The notes below the pieces were generated by a model that worked only from the letters and a program-made list of their open reading frames with translations, ran no database searches and was not told the origin of the DNA. From the NCBI GenBank assembly GCA_046861645.1, contig JBHHUM010000043.1:1-17500 (forward strand): a stretch of DNA of 17,500 nt, read 5' to 3'. This stretch comes from Fidelibacterota bacterium. Its GTDB lineage: Bacteria > Fidelibacterota > Marinisomatia > Marinisomatales > UBA2128. The number at the start of each line of letters is the position of its first letter. Within the stretch, counting starts at the first letter, position 1. Below, in pieces: positions 8,050 to 17,261 of this stretch. The position numbers were made by a program, and so were the translations under genes.

Positions 8050-8592
8050 GTGGAGAAAAAATCAAGTTTTACCAAGGAAGAACTGTTAGCTGTTGCTGAA
8101 GGAGAAATCTATGGAGCAGAAAACGGAAAGTTTCCATTGCCACCCATGCTCATGGTAGACCGTATTTTACATATTTCTGAAGATGGTGGTGCCTTCAACA
8201 GAGGGTCTATCCTGGGCGAGATGGATATTACCTCCGATCTCTGGTTCTTCAGCTGCCATTTCAAAGGTGATCCCGTTATGCCCGGCTGTCTCGGTCTGGA
8301 TGCCCTATGGCAGCTAACGGGCTTTTTCCTTACTTGGTTGGGTGGTGAAGGCAAAGGGCGAGCTCTGGGGTGCGGAGAGGTGAAATTCAAGGGACAAATT
8401 CGTCCTCATCATGATAAAATTATCTACAAGCTCGATATCCGCCGGGTCATCCGTAAACCTGTCTTCATGGCCTTGGCCAATGCTACGGTGGAAGTAGAAG
8501 ATAAAACCATTTATATCGCTAAAAAATTGCAGGTGGGACTCTTCAAAGACCTGGTCTATCCCCCTCCAGAGGGTGTATTAGAACCGTTTTAA
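8050..8592 (+). CDS. fabA: 3-hydroxydecanoyl-ACP dehydratase/isomerase
   Basis: PLPPMLMVDRI, WFFSCHFKGDPVMPGCLGLDALWQLTGF (His/Asp dyad typical of FabA rather than His/Glu of FabZ) and GKGRALG. GTG start with RBS AAGGAG. Confidence 0.92.
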   Translation: MEKKSSFTKEELLAVAEGEIYGAENGKFPLPPMLMVDRILHISEDGGAFNRGSILGEMDITSDLWFFSCHFKGDPVMPGCLGLDALWQLTGFFLTWLGGEGKGRALGCGEVKFKGQIRPHHDKIIYKLDIRRVIRKPVFMALANATVEVEDKTIYIAKKLQVGLFKDLVYPPPEGVLEPF

Positions 8593-8604
8593 ACCTCCCC
8601 AGAA

Positions 8605-9708
8605 ATGTCCCTACAATGTGGAATTGTTGGACTACCGAACGTGGGAAAATCTACCCTTTTCTCAGCTCTCGTTCACAGACAGGTCCTCACTGATACTTAC
8701 CCCTTCACTACCATTGAACCCAATATAGGCGTTATTCCCGTGCCGGATGACCGTCTTGACCGGTTGGCAGAATTTCTCCAACCGGAAAAGGTCATTCCCA
8801 CTACTCTTCGAGTGGTGGATATTGCTGGTCTGATCAAAGGTTCTCACCACGGTGAAGGATTGGGTAACCAGTTCCTCGGACAGATCCGGGAAGTGGATGC
8901 CCTCATCCACCTCGTGCGCTGTTTTAACAGTAAACAGGTAACCCATATTACACCGGATCTAGACCCTATCGGTGATATTGAAATCGTAGAAACCGAGCTC
9001 ATTCTAAAAGATCTGGCAACCGTGTCAAATCGGCTCGAAAAGGCAACCCAAAAAGCTAAGTCAGGTGATCGGGAAGCCGGAAAGGAAACGGAGTTTCTGA
9101 ATTCTTTAGCAGCGCATCTTAACCGTGGTACACCCGCCCGGGAGATACCTCTTGATAGTTGGGGTGCAACACTACTCAAGGAACTGTTTCTTATTACGAC
9201 TAAACCCGTTCTCTATGTAGGTAATGAAAGCGAAGAGGCGGCTACGGCTCACCAATTAAGTGCCGCTGCCCGCTCTCTTCTTCAATGGGGTCAGGAGAAT
9301 GAACAGGAAGTGATCATTCTGAGTGCCACCTTGGAACATGAGCTGGCTTTCCTGGAAAATAACGAGGAACGACAGTTCTTTATGGCAGAGTGGGGTTTGG
9401 AAAAAGTGGGACTGGAAGTACTGATAAAATCTTCCTATCGCTTGCTTAACCTCATTACCTTCTTCACCACGGAATCTAATCACGTACAAGCCTGGACGGT
9501 TCAGAAGGGAGCCACAGCCCCAGAGGCAGCCGGACAGATCCATACCGATTTTGCCAGAGGATTCATCCGGGCCGACGTGTACCATTACGAAGATCTAATC
9601 AATTTAGCCTCGGAAGTAAAACTCCGAGAAAAAGGGAAGATACGATCCGAAGGGCGTGATTACCTGGTACAGGATGGCGACATTATACAAATCAAATTCA
9701 ACGTGTGA
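8605..9708 (+). CDS. ychF: Ribosome-binding ATPase YchF
   Basis: GIVGLPNVGKST, YPFTTIEPN, VDIAGL, GEGLGNQFL, AAGQIHTDF and EGRDYLVQDGD. Confidence 0.96.
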   Translation: MSLQCGIVGLPNVGKSTLFSALVHRQVLTDTYPFTTIEPNIGVIPVPDDRLDRLAEFLQPEKVIPTTLRVVDIAGLIKGSHHGEGLGNQFLGQIREVDALIHLVRCFNSKQVTHITPDLDPIGDIEIVETELILKDLATVSNRLEKATQKAKSGDREAGKETEFLNSLAAHLNRGTPAREIPLDSWGATLLKELFLITTKPVLYVGNESEEAATAHQLSAAARSLLQWGQENEQEVIILSATLEHELAFLENNEERQFFMAEWGLEKVGLEVLIKSSYRLLNLITFFTTESNHVQAWTVQKGATAPEAAGQIHTDFARGFIRADVYHYEDLINLASEVKLREKGKIRSEGRDYLVQDGDIIQIKFNV

Positions 9709-9717
9709 GGGAACAAA

Positions 9718-10209
9718 GTGTATTTCTTCATGATCCTGATCTATCTTCTGACCGGCTTCTCCTTTGTTACCTTATTACTGACAGGAATCCAGGGTTTTCT
9801 AGGGTTTTTTATCTTGGGGATCAATCACGCCACCTTTGGTTTTTTCACAGCAATTATTTATCTACTCACCGAAGTGCTCGTAATGTTTTTCTTTGTCGGT
9901 ATGGGTGTCAGCATTAAGGAATACCTTCTGGAGCAAGCCGGCGACCCTGCCTTTCATAAAAAATCAATCGCCATAAAAAGAAAACTTTATCCGCCCACTC
10001 TTACCAATGTGCTTCTAATTATGACGGTTTTCATAATTGGTGGTGGTGTGGACACCGGTAGTATACCAGCCTGGATACACGGCATACTGTTTCTATTGGC
10101 ACTCTATCACTTCGCCACAACTATCCGCACACAGCACCATTGTTTTAAGGAAAATACAGATCTGATCCTTGAAATGACGGGAGCTGCCACCGGCGAAACA
10201 CCTGATTGA
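9718..10209 (+). CDS. Hypothetical membrane protein (~4 TM)
   Basis: Four hydrophobic segments. GTG start 10 nt after ychF, with GAGGG upstream. Confidence 0.75.
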   Translation: MYFFMILIYLLTGFSFVTLLLTGIQGFLGFFILGINHATFGFFTAIIYLLTEVLVMFFFVGMGVSIKEYLLEQAGDPAFHKKSIAIKRKLYPPTLTNVLLIMTVFIIGGGVDTGSIPAWIHGILFLLALYHFATTIRTQHHCFKENTDLILEMTGAATGETPD

Positions 10210-10214
10210 TAAGC

Positions 10215-10275
10215 TGGAGTATTGCCTACCCGCCTTCGGTCAGGCGGGGAGCAATGGAGTAATGGAGTGATGGAT
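10215..10275. repeat. Octamer tandem repeat (ATGGAGTA-like) interrupted by a GC-rich hairpin
   Basis: TGGAGTATTG-[CCTACCCGCCT TCGGTC AGGCGG]-GGAGCA ATGGAGTA ATGGAGTG ATGGA. Confidence 0.55.
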
Positions 10276-10376
10276 AATTGTCCAAAGGACTCTGTGAAGA
10301 TGATTGAATATCCAGAGAATCTCCACACTCTAATGGGTCTAAAGGCAGGTTGGGCTTAATAAAGTACTGCCAAGAG

Positions 10377-10407
10377 AACCTTCAAGGTTCGGAAAACCTT
10401 GCAGGTT
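10377..10407. repeat. REP-like doublet palindrome
   Basis: AACCTTCAAGGTT-CGGAA-AACCTTGCAGGTT: two near-identical self-palindromic 13-mers. Confidence 0.6.
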
Positions 10408-10586
10408 GCTAAATAAGGGAAGAAAATGGAGAAAGGAGGTTTTGACAAACAATGTTGATCAAAACATTGTATAGCGGGGCTCTTTTGTTGGAAGACCTCC
10501 TGCCGGACGGGCAGCCGTCGGAGTAGATGGACCACTCTACCAATCATATGAAACATTATTTCCGCTTGAGTCCTCATATTTCGGAG

Positions 10587-10638
10587 GAAACTTAAGTTTC
10601 TATTTCCTCTTGATTTCAGCACCGCTGAATCCTACATT
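10587..10638 (+). promoter_or_regulatory. Putative promoter with palindromic operators
   Basis: TTGATT (10610)-17 bp-TACATT (10633). TTCAGC-ACC-GCTGAA lies in the spacer, and the perfect palindrome GAAACTTAAGTTTC is at 10587-10600. Confidence 0.45.
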
Positions 10639-10681
10639 GGCGGCAATTACTGGGGGGAATTTGCAGCTCATTCACTGACAG

Positions 10682-11380
10682 ATGTTCAACACCTTTGGAG
10701 CACAACACCTCTGGACACTGTTAACTATCGCTATCATACAGATTACCGTGTTGGTCTATGTCAGGAGCTTTGCCACAGCCAAGGGGAAAAATGGCGTGCG
10801 GTGGCTACTGGCTTTGGGGCTCCTTGGACATGAAGTTTTACGCAACACTTACCTGGTCCTGGATAACAACTGGGATTTTCAAACTAAACTTCCTCTACAC
10901 CTCTGCGGACTGAATCTATTCCTGGTTGCATACATCTTGCTCAGCAAGGACTTCAGAGCCTTTCCCCTTGCGTATTTCTGGGCTATCGGCGCAATACACT
11001 CTATTCTAACCCCAAACATAGCCTACGATTTCCCCAGTTACTACTACGTGGAGTTCTTCTTTGGGCATAGTCTGACCATACTAGGGGTTCTGTTCCTGAT
11101 GGTTACCACACCTCTTCGACCCACTTTCAAGTCACTACATTTCTCCCTGCTGATCTCATTTCTTGTCATGGGTGTAGTCGGTTTCTTTAACTGGTTATTC
11201 AACACCAACTACATGTATCTCTGTCAGGCTCCTGAAGGTGATAACCTAACTGGACTTTTTCCCACAGAAAATTATTTACTCATTCTCATCGTCGTGGGGA
11301 TTGTCCATTTCTATCTCTTTTATCTTCCTTATGGAATAATGGACTTCGTCAGGCATCAAAAATCCCTCAACCCCCAGTAG
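10682..11380 (+). CDS. TIGR02206/YwaF (TMEM164-like) integral membrane protein
   Basis: FGAQHL, LPLHLC, FFFGH and TNYMYL motifs, with multiple TM segments. Confidence 0.85.
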   Translation: MFNTFGAQHLWTLLTIAIIQITVLVYVRSFATAKGKNGVRWLLALGLLGHEVLRNTYLVLDNNWDFQTKLPLHLCGLNLFLVAYILLSKDFRAFPLAYFWAIGAIHSILTPNIAYDFPSYYYVEFFFGHSLTILGVLFLMVTTPLRPTFKSLHFSLLISFLVMGVVGFFNWLFNTNYMYLCQAPEGDNLTGLFPTENYLLILIVVGIVHFYLFYLPYGIMDFVRHQKSLNPQ

Positions 11381-11397
11381 AACATCCAGAGGTAAAC

Positions 11398-11790
11398 ATG
11401 ATACGAGCAATGGCCATCGACCACATCAACTTCTGTGTTAAAAACCTAGAAGATACCCTCAGTTTCTATCACAAAGTTTTTGGTTTTGAAGTTAAGGAAC
11501 GTGGCATCAGAGACGGGGGATCCTGGGCTATCTTTGGCCATCCTGAAACAGGTTACCTTTGTGCATACGAATACCCAGATCTGGAAATATCCACAAGAGG
11601 ATTACGTATCAACCACTTTGGTTTATACGTGACAGATTTCAACACCCTGGAAGAGCGCCTTAAAAAATTGGGTGTCAATATACTCTATGGAGGAGAAGTA
11701 GATTGGGGTCGTTCCCGCTCTATCTACATTACAGATCCCAGTGGCTGGGAAATTGAATTAGCAGAGCACTTTGGTGGAGGGCTCAATTGA
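11398..11790 (+). CDS. VOC/glyoxalase family protein
   Basis: IDHINFCV, FYHKVFGF, INHFGL and SIYITDPSGWEIEL. RBS GAGG. Confidence 0.9.
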   Translation: MIRAMAIDHINFCVKNLEDTLSFYHKVFGFEVKERGIRDGGSWAIFGHPETGYLCAYEYPDLEISTRGLRINHFGLYVTDFNTLEERLKKLGVNILYGGEVDWGRSRSIYITDPSGWEIELAEHFGGGLN

Positions 11791-13157
11791 TGCGTCCTCT
11801 GGAAATCACTTTCTTCATGTTTCTCTTATTTAATCTAGGTCTTCTTTTCTCTCCCGTGGAGAGGGGGCGGTTCTTCTGGAAAATGGTTCTGTTGGTTCTA
11901 TTAGCTGGGATATTACAGGTAATTACGGAAGGTTATCGCTGGCAACTGGTACCGGGCTATGGCTTCCTGTTAATCCTGGCACTCACCAACTTCAAACCTC
12001 CTCAAAAGCAATTTTTTAAATATGTTCTGGTTCTTCTCCTCACCCTCACTACCCTCCCTCCCATGATACTGCCCGTGATAGAACTCCCACAGCCTACCGG
12101 TCCCTATCAAATAGGTACAGAGACGTACCACTGGATAGATCAAAGCCGGGAGGAATGGTTTACCGAAGAAGATTTCCGGGACGCCCGGGAGTTGATGGTA
12201 CAGGTATGGTATCCAGCGATCATAGAGAAGGGAAGCACTCCTGCTCCCTACTTTGATAATCCTAAACTTCGCGGCCCGGCTTTATCAACTGCAGGGGAAT
12301 TCCCTCCCTTTTTCCTCTCCTATCAACATCTCACCAAAACCCACTGCTTTGCTCATGCTCCCGTGGTAAAGGAGAAACTCTTTCCGGTATTAATACTCTC
12401 TCATGGGTTAAGCGGCCTCCGTTTCTACCATACATCTCTTATCGAGGAATTGGTCAGTCAGGGTTATATTGTCGTGGCCCCTAATCATCCCTACGATGCC
12501 AACCTCACTATTTTCCCGGATGGTACCCTAGCTGACTATCGTGCACACATTGGTCCCCAGGTCACCTTCGAAGATTCCATACGCTTACGTCACCAACAAC
12601 TCAAGACTCGAGTCGAAGATATTATCTTCATCCTGGACCAGATCGAGGAGATACAATCCGGTAACACCCCGGGGATGCTGCCGGGACACCTTGATCTTGG
12701 AAAAGTGGGCATCTTAGGACACTCCTTTGGTGGTACTACCAGCCTAGAAGCGGCAGCCAGGGACAAACGTTTAAAAGCGTGCCTGGTGTTGGATAGTTGG
12801 TCTTTAGCCATGACGGACAGCACCATAGAAAAGGGGTTGGAGCAACCCCTACTCTACATGGGTCGACCGGCCTGGCCAGACAGTCGAAATGATACCCGCA
12901 TCCGATCACTATTAGAAAACAGCAGCGGTCCAGCATATCATCTTACATTAGAGGGAACACACCATTTCGATTATACCGATATACCTCTCTTTTCACCATT
13001 CCTTAAGTATGTGGGCAAATCCGGGGAAATTCCAGGGCGACGAGTAGTAGAAATTGTTAATCGCCATGTCGTCAATTTTTTCGACATACACCTCAAGGGT
13101 GAGGGAGATGATCTATTGGACGGGGTATCTCCTTATCCTGAGGTTATCATTCATTAA
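11790..13157 (+). CDS. Membrane-anchored alpha/beta hydrolase (PAF-acetylhydrolase-like carboxylic ester hydrolase)
   Basis: N-terminal TM segments, PTGPYQIG, VQVWYPA, LSHG, nucleophile GHSFGG, LDSW and HFDYTD. The start overlaps the upstream stop (TGATG). Confidence 0.88.
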   Translation: MRPLEITFFMFLLFNLGLLFSPVERGRFFWKMVLLVLLAGILQVITEGYRWQLVPGYGFLLILALTNFKPPQKQFFKYVLVLLLTLTTLPPMILPVIELPQPTGPYQIGTETYHWIDQSREEWFTEEDFRDARELMVQVWYPAIIEKGSTPAPYFDNPKLRGPALSTAGEFPPFFLSYQHLTKTHCFAHAPVVKEKLFPVLILSHGLSGLRFYHTSLIEELVSQGYIVVAPNHPYDANLTIFPDGTLADYRAHIGPQVTFEDSIRLRHQQLKTRVEDIIFILDQIEEIQSGNTPGMLPGHLDLGKVGILGHSFGGTTSLEAAARDKRLKACLVLDSWSLAMTDSTIEKGLEQPLLYMGRPAWPDSRNDTRIRSLLENSSGPAYHLTLEGTHHFDYTDIPLFSPFLKYVGKSGEIPGRRVVEIVNRHVVNFFDIHLKGEGDDLLDGVSPYPEVIIH

Positions 13158-13231
13158 CACCCGCTGAAATCTATCTGGTGAAAAAAGTCCCTGCCGTGTA
13201 ATTTCAGAAGCAATTCAAAGCTCTCTGGCCT

Positions 13232-14740
13232 ATGATCTCTTTCAACCGCCGTTCTGCTGCACTCCTCTCCGGCCCCTTACTGTTCCTGATCTTCACTCTT
13301 TTTGTTGACCTTGACCCGGGCAACCGTCACGTCTCTATCATGGCCGGGATTGCCCTCTGGATGGCACTCTGGTGGATCACTGAAACCGTACCGTTAGCGG
13401 TAACCGCATTATTGCCCATCATCCTTTTCCCCATCTCGGGGGTTATGACTGGTGAGGAAGTGTCTACTTTATATTTTAACCATATTATTTTCCTCTTTAT
13501 CGGTGGTTTCCTGGTAGCCCTGGCCATGGAGCGTTGGAATCTACACAAGCGTATCGCCCTCCGGATCATGATGATCTTTGGAGCACATCCAGCAGGGATT
13601 CTCCTGGGATTCATGTCCGCCACTTGGTTTCTATCCATGTGGATATCCAATACCGCCACTACGATGATGATGGTTCCCATTGCCCTGGCTGTAATTGTTC
13701 GGCTAGAAAAACTAATTGACCAGCAAAAAGTACAAAATTACTCCATCGGACTTTTTCTCGGTCTCGCTTACAGCGCCTCTATCGGTGGACTTGCCACCCT
13801 GGTAGGGACGCCCCCTAACCTGTCATTCACGCGCATATTAGTTATCCTCTTCCCTGAAGCACCAGAAATCTCCTTCGCCTCGTGGTTTTCCTTCGCTTTT
13901 CCCCTATCCACAGCCTTCCTTCTCCTCCTGTGGCTGATTCTTGTCAAGGTGTTCTGCCGGGGTAACAGTAATTTCAACATAAACAGTTCTCTATTCAGCG
14001 AAGAGTACGAAAAGCTGGGAGCAATGACGTACGAAGAGAAAGTCGTGTTAGGTGATTTCCTGTTGCTGATTTTCCTCTGGCTTTTCCGCACCGACATATC
14101 CATGGGACATTTCGTTATCCCGGGCTGGTCCCGAATTTTCCCCAACCCTCCTGCCCTTAATGACGGTACCGTAGCCATCGCTATGGCAACCCTGCTGTTC
14201 CTGATACCTGCACGGAAGGGACCCGGCTCTCGCATCCTGGATTGGCAGACGGCTACCCGTCTACCATGGAACATCGTACTCCTATTTGGTGGTGGTTTTG
14301 CTCTTGCCAGCGGGTTCACCGAGTCAGGACTGTCGCCGTGGCTGGGGGATCAGTTAGCCGGAATCGGTTCCCTCCCTCTACTGCTAATCATAGGAGTCAT
14401 TTGTCTCTTCGTCACTTTCCTTACGGAACTGACTTCTAACACAGCCACAGCAGAAATGCTTCTCCCTATCCTGGGCGCCCTGGCGGTAGCCATCCAAATC
14501 AACCCACTTTTACTGATGATTCCCGCTACGCTCTCCTGTTCCTGCGCTTTTATGCTCCCTGTAGCTACACCCCCGAATGCTATTATCTTTGGTACTTCGC
14601 GGATCAAGGTATCCCACATGGCTCGCGTTGGAATCTATATTAATCTAATAGGTGTTGTGCTCATCACTGCTGCGATATTCACCCTGGGTCGTTTTGTTTT
14701 CGGAAGTGAGCTCTTTACTCTCCCTAATTGGGCACAATAG
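13232..14740 (+). CDS. SLC13/DASS sodium:dicarboxylate/sulfate symporter
   Basis: WWITETVPL, SMWISNTAT, GTPPN, TELTSNTAT and AFMLPVATPPNAI (two SNT motifs). Confidence 0.94.
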   Translation: MISFNRRSAALLSGPLLFLIFTLFVDLDPGNRHVSIMAGIALWMALWWITETVPLAVTALLPIILFPISGVMTGEEVSTLYFNHIIFLFIGGFLVALAMERWNLHKRIALRIMMIFGAHPAGILLGFMSATWFLSMWISNTATTMMMVPIALAVIVRLEKLIDQQKVQNYSIGLFLGLAYSASIGGLATLVGTPPNLSFTRILVILFPEAPEISFASWFSFAFPLSTAFLLLLWLILVKVFCRGNSNFNINSSLFSEEYEKLGAMTYEEKVVLGDFLLLIFLWLFRTDISMGHFVIPGWSRIFPNPPALNDGTVAIAMATLLFLIPARKGPGSRILDWQTATRLPWNIVLLFGGGFALASGFTESGLSPWLGDQLAGIGSLPLLLIIGVICLFVTFLTELTSNTATAEMLLPILGALAVAIQINPLLLMIPATLSCSCAFMLPVATPPNAIIFGTSRIKVSHMARVGIYINLIGVVLITAAIFTLGRFVFGSELFTLPNWAQ

Positions 14741-14741
14741 T

Positions 14742-15026
14742 ATGATTGCCGTAATCACCATTAAAATCTTTATCCCGGCCGCTCAATCTCTGAAAGATAA
14801 GCGTCGTGTCCTAAACCGCATAAAAGGTCGCCTACGCAGCCGCTTCAACATCTCAATCGCCGAGACAGGCGGTAACGATAAATGGCAACGAGCGGAACTG
14901 ACGATAGCTTTAGCGGGAGGCAGTAAACGTCATCTGGAGAAAGAAGTCCAAACAGTACAGCAGACCTTGGAAGATTTCTGCTTGGGATATGCCGATGTAC
15001 TCTCCACTGTTATCGATTTTCACTAA
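14742..15026 (+). CDS. DUF503 (YlxP-like) protein
   Basis: SLKDKRRVL...RFNISIAE...DKWQRAEL. The ATG follows 1 nt after the transporter stop, so the ORF-track start at 14652 is likely too long. Confidence 0.88.
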   Translation: MIAVITIKIFIPAAQSLKDKRRVLNRIKGRLRSRFNISIAETGGNDKWQRAELTIALAGGSKRHLEKEVQTVQQTLEDFCLGYADVLSTVIDFH

Positions 15027-15117
15027 AGTAAAATCTCTCTTCAGGTAATTATCCTGGTTAGGTAACAGAGATTACTTCCGCTGTCTATAATCGATGAAAA
15101 AAGAACCAAATTATTGC

Positions 15118-15146
15118 TTGTTCTAATATTAGAATATACTTATATT
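15118..15146 (+). promoter_or_regulatory. padR promoter with overlapping 14-bp palindromic operator
   Basis: TTGTTC-17 bp-TATATT, with the perfect palindrome TTCTAATATTAGAA at 15121-15134. Confidence 0.65.
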
Positions 15147-15173
15147 AAGATATGATTTCAAACTCAGTATAAG

Positions 15174-15710
15174 ATGGATCAGATACTCTCCTCCAAGGAA
15201 TTTGTAATAGCCGGGCTCTTAAATGAAGGTCCTTGCCACGGCTACGAAATAGAGCAAAAAATTAAAAGCCGTGGTATGCGTAACTGGACTCAAATTGGGT
15301 TTTCATCCATTTATCACATTTTAGGTAAGCTGAAAAAAGCCAACTTTGTAAGCCAGAACACCAATATTGTTAAAGGAAAACTGCAGCAGGTTTTTCAGTT
15401 GACACCGGCGGGTAAACAAGCACTTCATGATCAGATTCGTCTATCGATAATCACCCCTCAAAGGGACAATAGTGATTTTGATGTGGCCATCTCCAATACT
15501 GTAGATATGCCATCGGAAGAAGTCCGCCAATTATTAAATCAACGGATCGCAAATTTAAAAGAGGAAATCACTACTCTGGAGCGGTTACATGAAGACCGGC
15601 TAAACAGTGGTATGCCCACCATACCCTCTGTAACCATTTTGTTCGACCGGCCCATCGCCTTTCTGAAGGCAGAAATTGATTTCCTGAAAACTTATCTTAA
15701 CAGGTTTTAA
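15174..15710 (+). CDS. PadR-family transcriptional regulator
   Basis: GLLNEGPCHGYEI, SSIYHILGKL, FQLTPAGKQAL and a C-terminal helical dimerisation region. Confidence 0.9.
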   Translation: MDQILSSKEFVIAGLLNEGPCHGYEIEQKIKSRGMRNWTQIGFSSIYHILGKLKKANFVSQNTNIVKGKLQQVFQLTPAGKQALHDQIRLSIITPQRDNSDFDVAISNTVDMPSEEVRQLLNQRIANLKEEITTLERLHEDRLNSGMPTIPSVTILFDRPIAFLKAEIDFLKTYLNRF

Positions 15711-15855
15711 AGAAAAAATAGTAAAGACAAAACTGACAATGCTTCTGTATTGATATTAGCAAAGCACTAAAATAATAATCAGGGACAGGTGGAGATTAAA
15801 CTGTGAACTCCTTCATTGTAAACGAACCACAATAACATGAGGAGAAGTAAATAAA

Positions 15856-16449
15856 ATGAAATCACTACTATTAACTTCAATATTTACAATCGGTCTGTTT
15901 TCCTTATATAGTTGCGGGCCTGACCTCACTAAATACCAGTATTTAAAAGAACCGCACATAACAACTCAGCCCAGGCAAAAGATGATTATTGTTGAAATTC
16001 AAGGGGACCCAAGCGTGGCCGGCAAAAGAGCCTTCCAAGCCTTGTTTAGTACCTTTTATAAGTTAAAAAAGGGGCGAAAGGATATTAAGATGGTTCCCCC
16101 TCGTGCCCGTTGGCCAAAATCATTCGATACGCCCAGAAATGAATGGCTAGGTATCTATGGACTCCCCCTACCAGAAAATGTAACCACATTACCCGTAAAG
16201 AAAAAAGAGTCAGATCCCGATGTCAGGCTTGCATACTGGGAATATGGAGAAGTCGCAGAAATTCTCCATAGAGGGCCATATAGTGAAGAATATAATACCA
16301 TCGTACTGTTGTATAAATTCATTGAAGAAAATGGATATAAAATAGCAGGATACCACGAAGAGGAATACCTCAAAGGACCTGGTTGGCTCTTTAAAGGTGA
16401 CCCCAAGAAATACCAGACGATCATTAGATACCAAATTGAAAAGGAATGA
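15856..16449 (+). CDS. GyrI-like small-molecule-binding domain lipoprotein
   Basis: Lipobox LYSC, VAEILHRGPYSEE and YHEEEYLKGP...TIIRY. RBS GAGGAG. Confidence 0.85.
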   Translation: MKSLLLTSIFTIGLFSLYSCGPDLTKYQYLKEPHITTQPRQKMIIVEIQGDPSVAGKRAFQALFSTFYKLKKGRKDIKMVPPRARWPKSFDTPRNEWLGIYGLPLPENVTTLPVKKKESDPDVRLAYWEYGEVAEILHRGPYSEEYNTIVLLYKFIEENGYKIAGYHEEEYLKGPGWLFKGDPKKYQTIIRYQIEKE

Positions 16450-16567
16450 AAAATTGTCACAACACTATGAAGCCTGTCTTGTCGTTTCCGATATGAAAGA
16501 TAAACTTAACTATCTGTTTTCTGATTACTTTACTGCCATAAGATGACCAAGTATGGAGACCAGTACA

Positions 16568-17185
16568 ATGATTAAGATTGATTACAAGAAAGAACTCAAA
16601 CACCTTTACCTGCCATCTGCTAAGGAAGTCAGTCTTTTGGAAGTTCCTGCAATGAACTTCCTCATGATCGACGGCAGTGGTAATCCTAACACTTCAGAGG
16701 AGTTCCAAAAGGCCACAGAAGCTCTCTACGGTGTGGCCTACACCCTCAAGTTTGGACTGAAGAAAAAGGGGGTTGGTCCCGACTTCACTATCCTGCCGCT
16801 GGAAGGATTGTGGTGGATGGAAGGAAGGGACGACTTCGACACGGAAGACAAGGATAACTGGTCTTGGACCCTCATGATCATGCAGCCCGAGCATATCACC
16901 AACGCACAGGTGGAAGAAGCCAAAGAAGAACTGAAGGTCAAGAAAAACCCACCGGCTCTTTCCCAGATTCGATTCGAAAACTATCACGAGGGACTCTCTG
17001 TACAGATCTTGTATATCGGTCCCTACTCGGAAGAAGGTTCAACCATTGAGATGCTTCACCGCTATGCTGAAGAGAAGGGCTACAATCTGCATAAGAAACA
17101 CCACGAGATTTACCTGGGCGATCCCCGGCGAACAAAACCGGAAAACCTGAAGACGGTTATCCGGCAACCGGTGATAAAAGAGTAG
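16568..17185 (+). CDS. GyrI-like domain protein (cytoplasmic)
   Basis: KIDYKKELKHLY, FLMIDGSGNPN, PLEGLWW, IGPYSEE and HHEIYLGDPRR...LKTVIRQP. The ATG at 16568 has a GGAG RBS; 16553 is an alternative start. Confidence 0.9.
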   Translation: MIKIDYKKELKHLYLPSAKEVSLLEVPAMNFLMIDGSGNPNTSEEFQKATEALYGVAYTLKFGLKKKGVGPDFTILPLEGLWWMEGRDDFDTEDKDNWSWTLMIMQPEHITNAQVEEAKEELKVKKNPPALSQIRFENYHEGLSVQILYIGPYSEEGSTIEMLHRYAEEKGYNLHKKHHEIYLGDPRRTKPENLKTVIRQPVIKE

Positions 17186-17261
17186 ACAGTCAGACCAGGG
17201 GATGAGGATACCAGTGAATCTGTTCACCCCTAAATAACTAGAAGCAGAACAAGGGAATCAC

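Noticed and set aside
10215..10407. Short repeats as a CRISPR array
   Set aside because: No constant-length repeat-spacer periodicity and no cas genes.
13327..14619. Antisense and alternative-frame ORFs over the transporter and other genes
   Set aside because: These are shadows of well-supported genes with no independent protein features.
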